The translations under genes were made by a program, and so were the position numbers. The notes beneath the pieces are model-generated. The model did no database searches and was not told the origin of the DNA. It saw nothing but the letters and a program-made list of their open reading frames with translations. A stretch of DNA of 64,000 nt, taken from NCBI GenBank assembly GCA_021613535.1, contig CP075496.1:10664001-10728000 (forward strand), in the 5' to 3' direction. Source of the stretch: Adineta vaga. Its lineage: Eukaryota > Animalia > Rotifera. This document shows, one piece after another, positions 41,811-55,965 of the stretch. The stretch's first letter is position 1; each line of letters begins with the position of its first letter.

Positions 41811-42678
41811 ACTAAAAAAGAATTTCAGTTTTTCTTTTCTTCTTCTAATTTATCATTTTTATTGTTGATAATATTTTCGAATAGAATACAATCTTTTTTT
41901 GTATGAACATGTAAATTTTCAAACTGAATTCTACGATTCATTCAGATCTCGACGTTATCAGCGAAGACTGACAATTTTCGATTCATAAATTTTTCAATTC
42001 AATCTGATGTCAATTCTTCGAATACTCTTCTGGTCGACTATTTTCATACATTACAATATAACTCATGTTAGTATCTACTGTGAAAGATGATCCAATCAAA
42101 ATATTTCTAGTTAAGGTTTTTTCTTGTGTTCTGTTGACTTTTGATAAAGAACGAGTTCTGATATGCACAATTAATGTGTATTAATTTTTTAATAAATGAA
42201 ATATGCGCACACAAGAAATAAACAGGACAAACGTACGCATGTGAAAAAAAACGTTTGCCGCACACTATTCACATACATACGCCCGTTTGCTAGAGAATTA
42301 TTTAGAAGAAAAGACAAGAAGAAAACCGAACAGATAGTTCACTGTTTGTGCCAATGCGCAGCAGAAAGAAAAAGAAGGGAAAAAAAGGTAAAAAAGAAGA
42401 ATGATAATGCTTTGTCGATCAAAAAATGGACAAAATAGCATTATCATTGTGCAAGAATTAGATATAAGTATTTATATACATGTACAATTAGGATATTTTC
42501 GCATGCAAAAGAAAAAAAGTAAGAAAGAAACAGGATTTGTTGGTTTTTTTAGGAAAGAGTAACAACAATAATGACAAGAGAGAAATATGAGCCACAAAAA
42601 CACAAACACGCATTCCTGAAAACATTTGGTGGGATTAGGGAAATCAAAAGAAAAAGAAAAGAAAGAAATTGAAGATTT

Positions 42679-44508
42679 TTATTGAACAATGCCTGATGAC
42701 GGTATAGGAGGAGGTCGAGATAATTGATTATTTAAACGAAATAATTTAATAATTGATTTTTTTAATTGTCTAACATTATAATCAATAAGTGCTTGTTTTG
42801 TAAGTGCTTCTTCACGTAAAATACATATTAATGCTAGATGACGATTGATTTCTTTGAGATAAAGTGCACGACCACCTGTTAATTTAATTACACTTGATGA
42901 CATTGAATCAAAAACAGCTGACGCTGGTTCACTTGTTGTTTCAATTAAAGATGAATTTTGCTGATTTATCACTGGTGTCGTACCTAATGGACCTGAATCA
43001 AAATAAAAATAAAAAGTAAATCGTCAATACAAAGTTTTCTTTTGTTTTGAAGAAAACTTATACATACTATTTATATATGAATTACTTCTTAAATCATTTA
43101 AGTGAACATTATTCTCATCATAAACATCATTTTGGTCTTCAAGATTCCATTCATGTTGTTCATTTTCATCATCATTTAAAGTTTCTCGTTCATCTATATA
43201 TTCTTCATCATCATCGTCATCATCATGCACGATTCCGAGCTTATTATCATTTGGTTGTCCATATATTTCACTCATATTTATTAATAAATCAATCATGTCA
43301 CAACATAATTCATACATCTAAAAGAAGAAGTGATGAGAATCTTTGTGATTATTATCAAGAGGCTGTTCGTTGTTCACTTACCTGCATATCGGTAGGTGAT
43401 GAATCAGTTGCAATACTTATTTTCGTTTGGACATCAAACAGAAATGCTTGTTCAATATTCGATGTTGATAATAAATAATTGAGCAAACGTTCTAAATGGC
43501 CAAATTGTGGGATTAACTTTTGTATTACTTTTGAAAATGCTTCAAATATTGAATGATCATATATTGATGTTAAATGAAAATTTATTAGAATATCGTTAGG
43601 ATTTAAATTTGACGTAATGGACGTTGATGACCAAAGATCTATTCCACCAACATTATCAGCAGAACGATCTCGTACCTATTGTGAAAATTATACGAAATAT
43701 TAGGACAACAATACAGATATTTCTAGAAATGATAATAAGTTAAAGGGCTTTGAAGAAAAGAAGTGACCTGAAACATGAAGTCATTTCTATCTGCTGATTG
43801 TAATTAGGTTCATTAATACAGATTAATATATGAATTCGTTGATATTCTCTTCAGTTTCACAATCGATATTTTGAAAGCAATCATTCTTGCAGAACTTCAT
43901 AAGTATGTCAGTGCTAAAAAAATCATGCTTACCTGATTATGAATATCTCGCTGTGTTTCACTTTTTGTTTCCTCAGATAATTGATCAACTTTATGTATAA
44001 AGACTTCATAACGTATTCGAGGATTTAGTCGTCTTCCCATTTGTATAATTGTATTTAAACGTATAATTGATTCTGAATAGTCATCTTGAGCATCAATGAT
44101 ATATACAACAGCATTGCATCGTTTTAATAAACGTTCCATATCATAACCACCCGTGATCATACTTTGCATGGGATCGTCATCGTAAGATGAAGCTTGTCCG
44201 CTGTTTCCTCCACTTCCACTATTATGTCCTGATGGAAATACTTGTAACTGACCGGGTAGTTCTTGAACTTGGAAATTAATAAACGATCCACAGGAAAATT
44301 GATTTAATGTTAAATGTGGTGTTGATTCAAGAAATTGTGTTTGTGATGGTTGCATTTTAGTAAAAATAACACGTTGAATTGATGTTTTACCTGAACGACG
44401 TAAGCCCGTCAATAAAATTCGTGGTCGAAGAACTGGACTCGCATCCTTATTCGATGTATGGCCGTTGCCACCACCTGAATCATTGATTGTTGACGTTGAA
44501 TTAATCAT
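42679..44508 (-). CDS. RRAGC: Rag GTPase C/D (Gtr2)
   Basis: [110 protein letters not shown]...KQALIDYN. Confidence 0.95.
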
Positions 44509-44816
44509 GACTAAGACTATCTGAAAGAAAAAAGAGAAATCGAACAGAAATTCAGCATTTAGTTCTGGTGTTTTTTAAGATCTTGACGCACACAAACAAA
44601 TGAAGAACAATGTAGACTAGGTAAAAAAACAAAAGATTGAAGAGGGACAAAAAGAAAACAACATATACACAAAATTGTTTGTGCGTAACAAAAGAAGAAT
44701 GTTTTTATTTAACGACGTCGTGATTTATATTTTGAATTGGATGTGTTGTTTCCATTTTGATGATGGTGACTATGAGATTTAAAATAAGATATATGAAAAA
44801 GACGTCGACAGCAATC

Positions 44817-47800
44817 TTACGGAGATAATTTCTTTTTCTTTTTTGTACGTGATGATGATGAACGTGAAGAAGAGGAGGAACCTGATGAAGATGATGATGA
44901 TGAATTGCTCGAATCACTATGAGATGATGAACTTGAAGAGGATGAACGAGACACTAACCGATAAAAATAGATGAAAATAATTTCAGACTAATGAATCAAT
45001 TATTTCATGTTACCGGATCGACCTTTGGATGATTGTTTTTCCACACGTGTGTCAGTCGTTGAAATCACTACTGATGGAACTGTTATGGAATCACTACTTT
45101 GTTCCTAGAAAAGAAGATTAGAGACAACAACTCGGATAAGTTTTTAATCCAAAATGAAAAAACAATAATCTACTTGATTGTTGTTTGATGAAATGTTAAT
45201 CTTATTATCGACTTCATCAGTCTCATCATAAAGACTAGAAACAGGTAGTGGGGGTGGAGGCGATGGCATGGATGGTGCTGATGACTGAACAGTTAATTGC
45301 TGTTCAGAAAAAGTTGTTGACGAAGTTAAATCATCAGTTGACGTCGGTTCTGGTCCATCGAGATCATCAAGTTCCATATCTTCAGATTCACCGATACGAT
45401 CTTGTAAATGACATGCTATATTTGATGATTCCTCGTCTTCAGGTTCATAGAGTGGAGGAGGTGGTGGTGGTGGAGATGGACATGCTAAATAAGCAAAAAA
45501 AAAGTTTTTTCTCTCACATTCAAATCACTGTAAATTAATTTCACATGGTGGTGGTGCCGAAGGTGGTAAAGGTATAGATTTTGCTAGTTCGATTTTGATC
45601 TGTTTACGTTCAGGTGCTTCACGTGGTTTCACCGCGGGTAAAGTACCAAAAACAACTTCATCATCAGGATTTGGTGGTGTAGGTAATTTTTTACGTACTG
45701 GTGGCGTAGGAATACGTTCTTGAATTCGAGATGGAGATTTTCTATGTTCAAACAATTGTAATATATGTAGATTACAAAAGAGAAAATGTAAACTTACGAT
45801 TTCGACGAACTACTTGATGAAGAACCGGATGATGATGAATTGGATGAAGAAGAAGACGATGATGACGACGAAGATGATGAACGTGAACCAGATGAAGAAC
45901 TGGAACTTGATGATGAACTAGATGTACCTTTTCGATCTTTTGGACGTGTAGATATTTTAGCTTGGGATAAACCACTATTTTTATCACGAGATGAACGATA
46001 ATCACGACTATCATGTCCTCGTCGATCTCTATTATAATAATCACGATCTCGATCTAAAACAAAACAAATCTAAACATTGACTATTGCATAGATCAAAAAT
46101 AGTTTACCTCTATATCTATCATAATATCGATTTCGAGATGATACTGGTGGTGAATATCGACGATGACGACTGCTACTACCATATCGATCATTATAATGTC
46201 GTTGACGATAATGGTCATCTTTATCACGATATCGACTATGAGAAGATGAATAATGATTACGTCGTTCACGACTAGATGTACGACGATACCGATCACGTTC
46301 ACGATCTCGACTGGATGTTCGTCGTGCTCGACGATCTCGAGTAGATGATTCCTTTTCTTTTCGATTTCGACTGGATGAAGGTGAACGTTCGCTACGTGAA
46401 GTTGGTTTATCTTGTTCTTTATCTGTTGTTTGTACTGTATCATTCAATTTCTCGATAGAAGATGGAACTTCAACAGAATTATTTACTACTGGATTAACTG
46501 CTTTTTCTTTCAGTGAACTATAGAAATGAAAAAATTGTACAGTAAAAACAAAAATATGAACATTTCTATACGATAAGAGGAACTTACGCTTGTGATTGTA
46601 TTTTGTTTTGTTTTGTAGAGTCTGTATCCGGCTCTTCTTCATCATCATCATCATCCCATTTAGATTTACTTGACATTTGTGCTGTATCTGTTACTATTGG
46701 TTGTGGAATGTTATTCAATTGAATAGTTGGATTTGTGTTTTGTGTTTCTGTTTGTTGTCTATTTAATTCGTTATCATTCTCTGAACGATCAGTTCGTTTC
46801 ATAGATGATCGATCAGTATTTACAGTAGAACTGCTGTTCATACCATTTTGTAAGTCGTTTTTAGATTGTGAAGATGGTGAAGTCGAAGAACGACGACGAC
46901 GGCGATGACCAGATGATTCATTGTGATCACGTTTGTATCGTGATGGCGATGAATCATTTTGTGCTAAATAAACAAATGATTTATAAGAAAGTTAAGCATT
47001 AATTTAGTTTAGATGGTAGAGAGAATAAATGGCTAGTAACAGTGTTGATTGAACTTTTATCAAAGAGGTTCAAGTTAAAACTTACCATGTTTATCACGAT
47101 TTGATATTTCATTTTCGTCATATTTATTATGTATGGAACGTTGATGTTTCGATTCATTGCGTTGATCACGTTGTTTTGGTTCAATACGAACAACACTACT
47201 TTGTATAGCTGGTTGTGATTGTATTTCATTATTTTCGTCATCGTCACGTCGTTTTTCATGTCGACGTGATCTTTTATTTGATTCTTGTGTCACTTGCTCA
47301 TTACTATCATTCGTTATTGTCGGATTTTCTTCATTATCAATCACATCACCATTTTTGATAACAGAACGTATTCGTTTCGATTGTTCAGATGATTGTAATG
47401 ATGGATCTGTCGTTTCAGATTCATTCATCTCAACATAACGTTTCCGTTCTTCTGCTGCTGAACGCCAATGAGGTGGTGTACGTGATCTCGAGCGACTCTT
47501 TCCTGTATATCTCTAAAAACAACAAACCAAAAAAAGACATTCAAAAGAATTTTTAAAAACAAATTAACCTACCATTATACCACGACCTTTGACTGGACGA
47601 CCATTTGAATCAACTTTGTTCGATGCTCGAGAACTGTTCGATCTAGAAAAGAAAAGTCAAATCATGGTTCTATTAGCATTTTGAATCGATTCGATCATAC
47701 CGAGAACTTTGTTCATTCTCATTTAGTGATGATCGATTTGTTTTTGAGATTGAAACATTTTGAACTTCATCAGTATCAACAGTCACTTTATTATCTCGTA

Positions 47801-49255
47801 TTGAAATATCACTTGTATTATTTTCACTACCATTTCCATTTTCACTACTTTTTTTTGCTAAGCGTTTTGCTTCTTTTTTCTTTCGATGTTTTTCCTTTTT
47901 CTTTGCTTTTTTACTATGTTTCAATTTCTTCTTCTTTTCATCAGTATCTGACGACGAACTACTTTCACCATCATCATCATTAATGTTTTCTTCAATGTTT
48001 TCATTGTCATCTTCATCACCAGTAGATATCTTTCGTTTTTTCGATTTGTTACTTTCTAAAAATAAACGAAGATATTTCATTTCTTTTTCCATAGATTCTT
48101 CCACTTACTTGTGTTTGATTCAATTTGATCACAATGAGAGATAACTACATCTTTTGATGGACGATTTGTAGTTGGATCAACAGGAAGATTTTCAATCGTA
48201 TCAACAATATTTTGACCAGATACTACATGGCCAAAAACAACGTGTTTACTAAAAATAAATTTTGAAATTTGAGAAAGATCTAATTTAATTATTCTCTTGA
48301 ATCTTCTTTGTATTATTACTGCATTATCAATACTAATAAGAGTTAATCGAAAACTTTATATTTACCCATCAAGATGTGATGCTTCAGCTGTCGTTCTAGA
48401 ATAAAAATTCGGAAATACTTTTTTTCGATTCAAAATAATCAAATTTAAAACACGTACATAAAGAACTGTGAACCATTCGTATTCGGTCCTCGATTAGCCA
48501 TCGAGAGAAGATAAGGTCGATCGTGTTTCATTTGAAAGCTTTCATCTAAATTATCAATCATTCATTTTAAGTGATAAGGAAAACGTTTAGAAACATACCT
48601 TCAAATGAACTACCATAAATTGATTCACCGCCGATGCCGTTGCCTGGAATTGAAAGACCAGTTAGACAGAAAAATTTCGTTTATTTTAAACACACCCTCA
48701 TCATCTTATATATTTATCAACACTCGACTAAAAGAGATAAAATAGAATGCAAGTGATGGCCTCAGATAGATTTTTTGCCTGCCATCACTCGTCAGGATGA
48801 ACCGAAAGATGTCTTCAAAATCAATCTTGCTGATCAATGGAAATGAATATATATAATCAAATTTAAAATCAAAAATCAAAATCCTTTTGTTATAATCAAA
48901 TCAAACTTACCTTCAGTAAAATCACCAGCTTGTATCATAAAATCTTTTACAATACGATGAAATAAACTTCCTTTGTAGGATAATTTCTTATGATGCGTTA
49001 GACTACGACTTTTTTCTCCTAAGAAAAAACATTTTTACATCTCGTTATTGAAGAAAATATCTATACCTGTACATAAACATCGAAAATTCTCACATGTTCG
49101 TGGACATATATCATTGAAAAGTTCAAATATAATTCGACCAGCTAAAAAAGAAAACAGATTTGAATCAAATGAAAACGATTTCAATATATAAAAATGATCG
49201 AACCATCAATGTCACCAATTTTGATGTCGAAAAAACATCGGATTCTCGACGTCAT
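44817..49255 (-). CDS. PPIG: PPIG/NKTR-like SR-cyclophilin (PPIase + long RS/charged region)
   Basis: RCFFDI.IG...[68 protein letters not shown], the moca-type [20 protein letters not shown] motif, and RS-rich exons. Confidence 0.9.
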
Positions 49256-49610
49256 ATCTAGAAAAAAGAAAACTCGTGCGTATTTCCGACGTAATTTTTA
49301 CATAACCAATCGAATCCATACTAGAATAGCACAAGACAAAAGAAGAAAAACAAACAACGAGTTATGCTATTTCAACTTTTCATTGGTTAATTTATGTACC
49401 ACTCATAATATAGCTAAAGTTAAACTTTAATTAAATTTAAAAACAACAGTTTTTCATGTTTGAAAATGATTTTTTTTTAAAATAAAATCGTTAAGTTGAT
49501 TTTCTTCAAAATCGATTGTAGCGCTACCTTTGAAACAATAGAGCGCGATTATATCTTTGTGTTGATATACTCTAGTCATCTCGTCTGCTACAGTCATTTA
49601 AAAGAAGACG

Positions 49611-50093
49611 ATGGGCGCCGCAACAAGCTCGAATACAAAACACTATTCCGAAAAATTCAATTCAAATATTTATAGTACACCACCAAAAATAAATCATGCT
49701 GGAATTCATAATCGTCTTGTTCAACTTCAATGTGATCCACGATCGCCCACAGGTACGAAAAATTTGAAAATATTTCGTTTGTATTTTTTTCTTCATTCGT
49801 TTTCAGATGGAATTTCTCGAACACCAATTCAGATCGATAGTCAATTACCAATTCCACCTTTAAAATTGTATAATCATGTTATACCTCATATTGTAGGTCC
49901 CGATATACCTTTATCCGAAGTAACGGATGAAGATAATCAAGAAAATCAACTACGTTATCGTCAACAAAAACTTGGTATTAGTGAACACGATATCAAACGT
50001 GTAAGTGGTATTGATCCAACATTAGATCCAAGTAAAGTATTAACTACTTTAATGGCTAACCATGATGGACAATTACCACCATATCAATTGTAA
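49611..50093 (+). CDS. CDCA3/Tome-1-like protein
   Basis: After removing the in-frame 54-nt intron 49753-49806, the protein reads MG...HNRL...DPRSPTDGISRTPIQI. This matches the recalled CDCA3 motif DPRSP..GI.RTPI. Confidence 0.65.
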   Translation: MGAATSSNTKHYSEKFNSNIYSTPPKINHAGIHNRLVQLQCDPRSPTGTKNLKIFRLYFFLHSFSDGISRTPIQIDSQLPIPPLKLYNHVIPHIVGPDIPLSEVTDEDNQENQLRYRQQKLGISEHDIKRVSGIDPTLDPSKVLTTLMANHDGQLPPYQL

Positions 50094-50487
50094 TTTTCTT
50101 ATTCTCTGTGAATGATACAGTCATTGTTACATGTGTGTATTTATATGTAATCGATCTTTTTTTTTTGATCATTTCATTTATCATATTTTTTTCCTTTACA
50201 TATTATTATGTTATCTTCTTTTCTTTCTTTATGAATAATAAAATCACTATTATAGTAATGAAATGAATATCTTCGATAAGAAACAATAATAGATTGTTCA
50301 GAACATTGTCTAGATCAAAGATATGAGTATCATTTAGATAAAATAGCTCTCGATGATAATTCTATGAGAAGATGCGAATATAAATGAAACTATGATTTTT
50401 ATTTTGTTGATTGTTTCAAAACAAAATGACACTGACAGAAAAAGAAAATCGAAGGAATTTGAGCGAGATTAAAATATACAAAGTTTT

Positions 50488-51758
50488 CTATTGTCTAATT
50501 GAAGCATCACCATAATTATCGGTAAGAAAATCTTTGATTTTTTCGTAGGATATCAATGTTAATACTGCTGCTGGTACTGTACGTAATAGAGCAGGTATAA
50601 TACCACGATAAAATCCTCGTATACCTTCTTCTCGAGCTATTGTTTGCACTGCATCACGTACATTTTTATATTCACGAAACTGAGTCGTTACTTCGGGCGA
50701 TTGTTTCTGTAAACGTCGTGCATGGCCAGCAGCTTGAAGTCGACTGCGAACTATTTCATGAGGATACGCGACAAATGAAGCAATGAGTTTTGAAACACTT
50801 GATGCAAACATTAATTGTCCAGTTGATAGATGACGATCAGAAGGTGAATTAGCAGCACATTTCTTCTTAAGATATTCATACAATGGAAATTGAATACCAA
50901 CATGAATCTATCATGAAAGATAGAAAAAAATATAGTATTAAACTAACTGCACAAATTCTTTGCAAGAAAAAATCCGTATCTGTATGATATTATCAGTTTC
51001 AATGAACTTTCAATTAAAATTATCTATATATCTTGATTTCATCATATTTTTCGTAATAGAAACCATTTAGACTGAAGTTTATACTAACTATTCATTTCAT
51101 CTGTAATCTAAGAATAAATGTTTTTGTTTTGGAAAATGATAGGAAACAAAAATCATTACCAAACCCCACATTGATGGTACAACACCACGATATAAAGCAT
51201 AAAGTCCTTCTGTTTTATAAATTTTTTGTGCTGCATGAAAAGTATTTTTATAATCTTCATGATGTGATTGAGTCATCATTCGTGTACGAATAGTCCATAT
51301 TGGTGCAGTTAATGTATTCGATATCGCACCTGCTGTTACTGATGCAAGTAAATTAACTAACATATCATGTTCAGAATGTATAAATGATAATCCGGAAGCA
51401 TACTGTTTCTTTGACCATTGATATGTTCCAAAATAAACTGCCCAATTTGGTATATATCCCTAAAATCTTTGATCAAATTCTACATGTATACGAAAGAAAA
51501 TGTTTCTCTTACCAACATCGTTGTTCCTAAACCTTTATAAAAAGCTTGAAAACCTTCTCGTTGAGCTAATCTATACATTGTTATCAACAATGGTGTATCA
51601 GGTACACCTTTTGGTAAACGTTTCACTTGAATACGTGTTTTAACAACATCCAATGGACTGACAAGTATACTAACAAATGCACCGGATACTGCTCCAGCAA
51701 ATGTATTTATTTGTGATTCTGTCAATAATGGACGTGTTTTGTTTTGTTGTTTTGCCAT
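50488..51758 (-). CDS. SLC25 mitochondrial carrier, Ndt1/NDT-type NAD+ transporter-like
   Basis: Three carrier repeats PLDVVKTR, PIWTIRTR, PHEIVRSR, plus GYIPNWAVYF, HVGIQFPLYE and ASSVSKLIAS. Two introns. Confidence 0.85.
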
Positions 51759-51973
51759 TGAATTATTTCTGAAAAAGGGATTTGATTAGATCTTTTGATT
51801 TTTATTCTGTTTAACTCATGGTTCGCGACTAGATGTCAACATTTAATGAAATAAAAAAGACAGAACATAAGAGAATCGAACAATAATAATAATGAGAACA
51901 TTTGATCGATTCTTTAGAGAATATGTTTGTGAAAAAATAAATGAAACGAAAGAAAGAGAGAGTTCAATGTCAT

Positions 51974-52926
51974 TTAATGATCTGACAGAATTTCACGACG
52001 AATTGATTTTACATATTGTGATGGACACCAATACAACCAAATAATTGAATTCTCTCTACAAGTGAAAATAAATCAATCATCAACTTTTCGTAAACAAAAC
52101 TTACGTTGTACCAGTTTGAAAGCCAACAATAGAATAACCTTCATGACCTTCAATTGCTTCGTCAACAATGTTTCGTATATGAGTCATGGGAATTTTCTTC
52201 GTTGTTTCCGCTAATAAATAGACAATCAACAAGAAATTGACGATGAAAATCTTTTGTATTCATACCTGTATTAATCCATAATTCATCAAGTTCAAGTTTA
52301 AATGTTAATCGTGCTTTTTTTGCTGAATGATTTAACATTGACATATATAATCCATCGATTGACTGAGGTAATGGGTCATGTCGATTTCGAATACCTACTT
52401 GAACATTATCTGGTTTACCTAGGATGCAAAAAGATTTCATTACAAAAAAAGATTAATGGATATTTTCAATGAGTTTCTTACCTGCTTTCAAGACCTTTTC
52501 ATGCTTGGTTTGCTTACATAATGATTCTTTTTTATTTGTTGATGATGTATGATCATCCACAGAATCTTTATTTCCACTTGTATTAACATTACCTTGTGTT
52601 GTTGATAAAATTTCTGATCGTGTCGCACCGACTAATAATAATGTTTGACCATCAGTAATATTTAAATCTTTTAGTGTTGTTGTGATATCATCATGTTTTA
52701 CACTTGTAATTGATTTATTTACTAGTTTTTGTACTTGTGGATCAACATCTGTTATTTTATCAATTTTTTCTTTTAAATCTTTTAATGTATCAAATAAATC
52801 ACAATCAACTGGAAATGTTTGAGTTTTATAACGAATTGTTAATTTTATTGGTACCTTGGAAGTTGTTCGTTTTAATATTTGTTGATCACCATTATCATTT
52901 GTAATATTCGTTGTTATATCCTCCAT
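51974..52926 (-). CDS. UBFD1: Ubiquitin domain-containing protein UBFD1
   Basis: UBL domain, KESLCKQ.KH.KVL..GKPD, GLY.....KARLTFKLELDELWI.T.E.TKKIPM..I..IV.EAIEGH..YSI, WLYW.P.QYV..I. Confidence 0.92.
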
Positions 52927-53352
52927 TTCGATGAAAATTTTACAAAGAATTAACAAAGGATACTAAAACAAAAATCAGAAATAGATGGAAATAATCTTTT
53001 GTCTAGATATATATATATATATTCTCTTTCTGCTTCTTTTATTGACGTGAAAAAGTGTATATGTTTCTATCTTGATAAAAGAAACGGCAAACTATATCTT
53101 ATCTCTCAACTATCATCACTTCTGATAGTCTTTAGAAAGAATATGAATTAACCTATATAAGATATTGTCTCTATTTATTTCAATAGACCAATAAATTTTA
53201 TATTTGAATGATGAGAGTTCATTGATACAGATATCATGGTTGATGAATAAACCAATCAAATTCTTTGTTGGTCTCCTTGTAAGCAAACGAAGGAGAAACG
53301 TTCGAAATCATGTGGGTATACGTTAAATCACAAGCCTTGATCCTAATGATAG

Positions 53353-55373
<2,021 letters not shown>

Positions 55374-55965
55374 CCATGACGTACATCCTTTCTATTTTCA
55401 AAGTCACCTCTTTTCTCTTGTACAATTTTTGTTGAATTGAAGTTTTTTTCCTGTATAGATAGAGATACATTCCGCCGAGTTTCTCCTTTGTGTTTTTACT
55501 AGTTATTTGTGAAAAGATTTAGTGCAATTTATATCATTCTTCTTATTTTCCCAGTGTTACGTGACATTCATACTCATAGTGAAAATCTTCCACACTTTCT
55601 TGTTACTCTTATCTGAATTTTAGACAACATATAGTTGTGATTATATTAATGAACTGTTAAAGTTTAACATACTTTTCAATAAAGAAAAAGCTTTCTACGG
55701 TATGACTAGTTGATTGTATCGTTCCATTAAATTTATAATGCATCGTTCGAAAAACTCGTACTGTATTAACTAATCTGTTTGATTCTAAAGCTATACCAAT
55801 ATTTATTAACCAAATATCTGATAATGAATATATTCAATAACAAAAAAAAAACTTCACTTATTAAACTATTTCTACAACACACAAATCATATCTGACATAT
55901 AGAATAAACAAATAAACAAATTTTTTCTCTAAAGAAAATACAGATTTGTGCATGCATGAATTGAT

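Noticed and set aside
44705-47983. His/Ile/Val-rich ORFs overlapping PPIG, RagC and similar genes
   Set aside because: Alternate-frame or antisense shadows of Ser/Arg/Asp-rich codons (tca, cgt, gat).
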